From contig OZ025791.1 of the NCBI GenBank assembly GCA_964019425.1, positions 186,001-250,000 of the forward strand: a DNA stretch of 64,000 nt. The letters run 5' to 3'. The position numbers and the translations under genes were made by a program. Source of the DNA: Flectonema sp. DT1601. Taxonomy: Eukaryota. The notes below the pieces were generated by a model, which saw only the letters and a list, made by a program, of their open reading frames with translations, searched no databases and was not told the origin of the DNA. This document shows positions 58,458 through 64,000 of the stretch, piece by piece; position 1 is the stretch's first letter, and each line of letters starts with the position of its first letter.

Positions 58458-61400
58458 TCAAAAGAAAGCTTTCCGGCGTTTGTCTCTTGTTGTGGAACGA
58501 TCTCTCGCACGTTTCGACTTTTCATCTGTGAGGATATGTTGTGGTTCAATACCAGCTATGGTGTCTATTTCATTAGCGTTTAGTTCGTTGCTATCAAAAG
58601 CTGCTCGGAGGGTACGCATTTCATGTTTTAAAATTGAATTCTGAGCGTCGTCAGATCTCATCGCAACAGTTTGCGAAACTTCAAACAGAGATTTAGCATA
58701 TTGATATAACAAAGGAGGAGTTGTTAATGAGATAGTGTTAGCGTACTCACGCTTTGTATTTATTATCTCATCGTAGATAATCCAATCTGGTGATGCTTCC
58801 CAACTTAGAAAAGAGAAAACAGACGTCGGATGAGCAGCTACTAACTGCACACCATCACCCTTTCGACTTCCAGAACGTGACATCAGTTGAAATTGCACCA
58901 TTCCATTTGTATCAACGGAATGCTTCCTCGCACAGCGTAAGAAAGAACCAGCTGCCAGTACACTTGAAATAGTGTCGGAGTTTAATAAATTTAAGTCTTT
59001 GGAAAGTGAGAAGGGTGAATGTATGTCCCTCAACGTCTCCCTTACTACATCAGACCTGATTGAAATAAAATATAATTGTTCAGCAATCCTCACAGCTGAT
59101 TCAATTGCTCTAGCGTTTACAAAATTATCTGAACACCATTGATATAAAGATCCTCTTTTTAATGTATAACATTCTGTGAAGGCATTCAAAAGTGTTACGT
59201 GATCTCCGTTTGACGATGCAAAGCGACGTTTGCAAGCGTCAGCGTCTTCTTGCTTTGTACGAGGTCGGTAAAATATTTGACTTTCTGAAGTCACGAGTCC
59301 AACGATTGAAGCAACTTGAGCCAATAAAGCGGCGCTTTCCTGTTTCTGAAGGTCTTCAGCAGCGACCATCATTTTCGAGTGGTTTGGTTGAAGAGGATAT
59401 CGAAGCATTCTGCGTCCAGTTTTTGTTATCTTCCCTTCATCATCAAGTGCCCCAATATGGTAAAGGTTATATAAAGAAGTGAATACAGTATTAACTGGAG
59501 GTGGGTCTAAAAACTCCCTAAAGTTATCCCTAAATTCTGACTCAAATGAGATTATCATCAATACGATGCTGTCAAGATTCGATCGTTGTATTTCTGGTGT
59601 TGTGTGAGGTTCCATCTCTTGATCAAAACTAATTTCTGTATAAAGTCGAAAACACTTTCCTGGAGCAGTACGGCCAGCTCTTCCAGCTCGCTGCTTAGCT
59701 GCAGCTTTCGATTCTGGTACCACAAGCAAAGTGTCTATTTGATTTGAAGAATCACAGAATTTCATTTTCACAAAACCGCAGTCAACAACATACACAACAC
59801 CGTTAATGGTTAAGGAAGTCTCTGCGATGTTTGTTGAGAAAATTACTTTTCGCATCCCTTCTGGAGCTGCTTCAAAAACCTCACTTTGATTATCAGAAGG
59901 TAAGGCAGAGTATAAAGGTAATATTAACATTTCACCACAAGCAGAATCTCCCTGTTCAGATACAAGTCGTTGGTACCATTCAAAACATATTTGACAAGCG
60001 CTATCAATTTCATCCTGACCAGTTAGAAATACTAAGATATCTCCTTCAGGTTCGTGAGTGTGGATTTCAAATACAACTTTTAAAGTCATAGCGTACCAAT
60101 CAGATTCTCTTTGATGTATGTAAAGCAGTTCAACAGGATACGCCCTACCAGGAATATAAAACACTGCCGCATTATTAAAATAAGAAGAAAACTTACTGGC
60201 TTCAAGTGTCGCTGATGAGATGATTAGGTTGAGATCAGGACGAGTTTTCAATAGTTTTCTTAATAAGAATAATAACATGTCTGTTGTGATGGTGCGTTCA
60301 TGTGCTTCATCAATAATAACAGTGGAGTAGTGTTGTAGTGTTGGACTTGTTAATAATTCTCGAAGTAGAACACCATCGGTTACATATTTTATAATCGTAT
60401 CATCACTTGACTTGTTATCAAATCGTACACCGTACCCGACAGTTCCTCCAACTGCTGTTCTCATTTCTGAAGCAACTCGTTTAGCGATTGAAGTTGCGCT
60501 GACCCTCCTCGGCTGAGTACATGCGACGACTCCCTTATAACATTTCTTACTATTTACAATATATTGAGGTATTTGAGTTGTCTTCCCAGACCCAGTTTCT
60601 CCAACTACAATTAAACATTGATGACTTACAATAGCATCAAGTAACTGATCTCTACATTTACTGATGGGAGGCTCATCATTACTGTACGACCAACTTGAAG
60701 AATGCATTCCGTTGGCTGTCTTATTTCTTGTTGGCATCTCCCAGTTTCCCTGATTTCTGGTCTTCTTTTGTAGTTCTAACAAGTCTGACGGTTTGCTTGC
60801 TGCGTTGTGTAGATCTCCCTTCTTCACAGCTGACTTTGAAAGTGATGTCAATTGCTGCGACTGTTCGCTTCTATTAAATGACCTTAAGAAAGAAGGTACT
60901 GTTTGAGTCGTAGGGCGTAGCTGTAAGTCAGCAATACGACTGTCACTGTTGTTGCCACCTGAACCAGAAAGTGTCTTCTGCTTTGGTGTTGAGTCACAAC
61001 GCGAATTGTTATGAACATCTTCAGGTCTGCTAATTGAAGTCTCAGCAGTTCTCAAGTTGAGGTAGTAAAAAGATCCGATATTACTACTACTCTCACGTAC
61101 TGTCCATCCTTCAGGTGGGTTGGAGTCAAACATTCTCTCGCGGTATTCCAACGAGTCGGAATAATTCTTTTTTTTAAAAGGAACCGATGCGTGAATCAAG
61201 TGGTAGATATCTTTCAGTTGGTTGGCTTCCATTCCTTCACTGAGACTCTTTTCGAATCGTTTGACATCTTTTGAATCGTCGAAAACTTCGAGTAAGTACT
61301 CGCCAACTGTGTAGCACTCTTCGGATTCGTCTGACTTCGTTCGTAAATAGTCAGCTATCAAATCTAAGGTTGCTACTTTCCGTTTTCTCTTTTCATCTTC

Positions 61401-61517
61401 TGTCATCATTCTCGGTTCTTGTCTTGAGGCTTCACCAGTTCGAGTGTTCCTCCAATACTTTCCTGATGAACTCTCGTGTGATGTCCATTCACGTAACTCA
61501 TCTTTAGTGCGGAGCAT
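58458..61517 (-). CDS. Spliceosomal DEAH-box helicase, Prp22/DHX8-like, with two N-terminal WW-like domains
   Basis: GETGSGKTTQ, TQPRRV, DEAHERT, SAT, FLTGQDEID, TNIAETSLTI, QRAGRAGRTAPGKCFRLYTE, IFYRP. WW-like segments WTSHESSSGKYWRNTRTGEASRQEP and PPEGWTVRES..GSFYYLNLRTAETSISRP. Confidence 0.88.
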   Translation of the reverse strand: MLRTKDELREWTSHESSSGKYWRNTRTGEASRQEPRMMTEDEKRKRKVATLDLIADYLRTKSDESEECYTVGEYLLEVFDDSKDVKRFEKSLSEGMEANQLKDIYHLIHASVPFKKKNYSDSLEYRERMFDSNPPEGWTVRESSSNIGSFYYLNLRTAETSISRPEDVHNNSRCDSTPKQKTLSGSGGNNSDSRIADLQLRPTTQTVPSFLRSFNRSEQSQQLTSLSKSAVKKGDLHNAASKPSDLLELQKKTRNQGNWEMPTRNKTANGMHSSSWSYSNDEPPISKCRDQLLDAIVSHQCLIVVGETGSGKTTQIPQYIVNSKKCYKGVVACTQPRRVSATSIAKRVASEMRTAVGGTVGYGVRFDNKSSDDTIIKYVTDGVLLRELLTSPTLQHYSTVIIDEAHERTITTDMLLFLLRKLLKTRPDLNLIISSATLEASKFSSYFNNAAVFYIPGRAYPVELLYIHQRESDWYAMTLKVVFEIHTHEPEGDILVFLTGQDEIDSACQICFEWYQRLVSEQGDSACGEMLILPLYSALPSDNQSEVFEAAPEGMRKVIFSTNIAETSLTINGVVYVVDCGFVKMKFCDSSNQIDTLLVVPESKAAAKQRAGRAGRTAPGKCFRLYTEISFDQEMEPHTTPEIQRSNLDSIVLMIISFESEFRDNFREFLDPPPVNTVFTSLYNLYHIGALDDEGKITKTGRRMLRYPLQPNHSKMMVAAEDLQKQESAALLAQVASIVGLVTSESQIFYRPRTKQEDADACKRRFASSNGDHVTLLNAFTECYTLKRGSLYQWCSDNFVNARAIESAVRIAEQLYFISIRSDVVRETLRDIHSPFSLSKDLNLLNSDTISSVLAAGSFLRCARKHSVDTNGMVQFQLMSRSGSRKGDGVQLVAAHPTSVFSFLSWEASPDWIIYDEIINTKREYANTISLTTPPLLYQYAKSLFEVSQTVAMRSDDAQNSILKHEMRTLRAAFDSNELNANEIDTIAGIEPQHILTDEKSKRARDRSTTRDKRRKAFF

Positions 61518-62739
61518 ATCTTCCCCTGGTGATAAGAAATGTAATTAAAAACAACAATAAGAATGTTAAATAAAATAACCCTATTTCATAACGTCATTGT
61601 TACTTTACTGTAAAAATGGAAAAATAACATGAAAAGGTACTTTGATACGTTTGATTCTCAGCCACAAACAGGTGCCGAATTCCAAAGCGATATACCAACC
61701 GAAAACGTTAACCTTTCCTCCGAAGGTCAGAATTCACTGACAGTAGAAAAACCTGTTAAGCTCTTTTCCACTACAAAGTAATTCTATGGATCCATCCTTG
61801 AATTGTAGGAATTATTATCAACGTAAGTACACTTGCAATAATGTCTTTGTTTATACTCCTTTTACCAAATGTTAAAAGAAACGAACTCGGAAAGAACGAA
61901 TAAGAGAAAAAAGGGGAATAAAAAAAATAGTGGAAAAAAAAAAAAAAAAAAAAAAAGAAATAGATCAGTCGAACTCGTAATTCGACTTGCGGGCCCTGAG
62001 TAAAACAAATACGACTGTTGTTTTTGTTATTACCGGGTTTTGTATTTATCTCTGCTTTCGAATTAAAAGAACTGTGAACAATAACAGAGTGCTGTTGTCT
62101 CACATTAGAAACAACGGAAGCCAGGAAGTCGAGAGTTCCATCCAGAATTCCTTCCGAATGATATTAGAAAGTAAATCTAACAACGCTCTGACCGAAAAAG
62201 ATTTGGGTGACAACAAGCTGACTGTTATCACTCAGCAACTTTCCTCTACAACAGAAAAATATGTAAAGAGAAAAAAAAAAAAAAAAAACAGCTGCTTTTG
62301 TAAATCTACAGACACGAGCAAGTCTCTACAGCAGAATAAGGAAATTGAGGAAAAACTCAAATTGATGATTATTAAATACACGCGCTGTCTACCAAAGCGC
62401 TGAATTTCAAGTGGAGAATATGATGTACAATCATTGTTATAAATAACTAACAAAACTTATTAAATCAACTGAGATCTGACTAGAAGACTACACACTCTCT
62501 TTAGTCATCGGAAAACGATGGCGGGAATAACAACCGGCTAGTAGCAGCTGATGGTTTTTGTACAATTCTTTTCAGATTACTGTGAAGTTGCATTCACACC
62601 AAGAGATTGTGAATGTCATGAGGCATCAGCCCATAGAATCCACAACCTTGACCTCTCTGCGTAATTCTGTACCAGGGAGTCCAAAGAATCTACCAATTCA
62701 TATCAGCGACGAGACGAATACCAACCAAAGTGTTGATTT

Positions 62740-63448
62740 CTATTGAGCGTAGTTATCGCGTGGTAGTTTTATTGACTTCTGATAAACTGCATCAAACTGA
62801 CGAAAACACTTCGCCTTGTTACCAGTTGTTGGTGACACGTCATCAAAAGCAACTCGATATCCCAAATACTCGCAGAGTGTATCACCTCCAGTAAACATTG
62901 TTCCGATTGTTCTGTCGTAGGTTGTACCTGCGTAGTGTTCATCTCCAATTTCAGTGAATCGAGCACCATTACACCAGACATACATCAAAGAGCAATGTGA
63001 CGAACAGAGAGTCACTTGTCCATCAAAATAAAATGTCGCTTGGTTTTCAGAACAGATGTGACAAAGAGTGTCCTTTACCTGTTTTTTTTTATTTTCTTAT
63101 TTCCCCCCCTCACACATCTCAAGAACTTAACAACAAAAAAAAAAAAAAAAACACACAATCTGAGCACATTTCTCTGTAGCATTGAATGGAATAAAAGCTG
63201 TCTTCATGACGGATGCTATCTCAAGTTCTGTACAGCAAGAGTTCTCTGTTTTGGATTCGTTGATTACGAATTGTAATAATAAACCAATTTCAGAATTCAA
63301 TAAAAAACATACTAGCCTGATACGGACAGTATCTTGCGACGTTTGCCTGCGGGGATGGAGATCTCAAGAACATTGGACAAGGGGCTAGAGCATCGACTGA
63401 CACAACATTCAAATATACGAACAGCAGAAATATCGAAACCCGTAACAT
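62740..63448 (-). CDS. Secreted Cys-rich folate-receptor-like protein (about 187 aa). Exons 63448-63313, 63245-63157, 63078-62740. Mostly absent from the ORF track
   Basis: Signal peptide MLRVSIFLLFVYLNVVSVDA, then C..YCPYQA|KNSCC...C...LCHICS...LCSSHC...WC...LC...CF, matching the folate receptor/HHIP-type Cys spacing. Introns 63246-63312 and 63079-63156. Confidence 0.75.
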
Positions 63449-63776
63449 TACTTTACGTTTTGGTTCCTGTAAAACAAGAAAGTAATAATAAACAACAACA
63501 GTAAGCTATACCTTTAATGGCAAATAAAATAACGGCTTGCTACTAACACCACATAACATTAGTCATCCTTTTGATTGGATGAGATGACTCAACACAAGTA
63601 GTACTCACATCCTGTGAGTTGATACTATCAGCTGAATGAAAGATCATAAGCTAATTATTTTATTTACAAAGTGAGATGGTCTGCTCCAGCAAAGCTAGTC
63701 AGCTGCTTGCAACAGACTAGATTTCATCTGTGAGTCTCTCTATTTGAATGCCATCAGACTGAGTCTAAAATACTGA

Positions 63777-64000
63777 TTAAATTTCCTTCCTTACGTGTCC
63801 TGCAGCGACAGACCTGACTATGTCAACGCCACGGTCAACAAACTGCTGTCCTCTTTCATTCACACAATATCTAGTACTGCTCAGGCACTGCGTAGTGTTT
63901 TATTTTAAAAAAAAAAAAATAATAAAAATAATTTAAAAAAAATTTTAAAAATTTAAATAAAAAAGATACCGGCTGTCCTTCAGCGTGAGATCTGAGGACA
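63777..64000 (-). CDS. 3' end of an unidentified gene entering from beyond the window. Exons >64000-63970, 63887-63777
   Basis: VLRSHAEGQP|CLSSTRYCVNERGQQFVDRGVDIVRSVAAGHVRKEI* is joined in frame by intron 63888-63969 (GTATCT...ACGCAG). Confidence 0.55.

Noticed and set aside
61771..62453. Overlapping ORFs on both strands in the 1.2-kb spacer
   Set aside because: They span homopolymer runs and show no protein-like features.
1..64000. tRNA, rRNA, snoRNA or SL RNA genes, transposons, CRISPR arrays, alternative genetic code
   Set aside because: None was recognisable by eye. The repeats are gene duplications, and all three stop codons terminate genes normally. Small ncRNAs cannot be excluded without a covariance-model search.

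Overview
Eukaryotic (protist) genomic DNA, not prokaryotic. About 34 intact protein-coding genes (two partial at the window edges) are packed tightly and all lie on the minus strand over 64 kb. Many carry short GT-AG introns (about 65-130 nt) that the ORF track misses. One-strand clustering, tandem gene arrays and U-rich AG sites just before start codons suggest a euglenozoan-type polycistronic, SL trans-spliced genome that also has many cis-introns (diplonemid-like; inference). Content: a 4-domain voltage-gated cation channel, DEAD-box helicase HAS1/DDX18, a DTW protein, a roadblock/LC7 dynein light chain, 4 profilins plus 3 profilin 5' stubs, a BAH protein, a secretory TylF-like methyltransferase, PME-1, an ankyrin protein with a Med27-like C-terminus, an ENO4-like pseudo-enolase, 3 fumarate reductase-cytochrome b5 genes ending in SKL, 4 mitochondrial HSP70 genes, an M1 aminopeptidase, a mitochondrial carrier, snapin, a SAM-TM protein, EF-hand and PB1 proteins, a WW-containing Prp22-like helicase, a folate-receptor-like secreted protein and several hypotheticals. 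Most notable signals: two compositionally opposite classes of 3' splice site (A/C-rich AAACAG in coding cis-introns, U-rich YYYCAG before start codons), strong 3'-end bias of intron positions, and a conserved hairpin-like 3'UTR element in the fumarate reductase array. All exon boundaries were read by hand and are unverified by transcript data.
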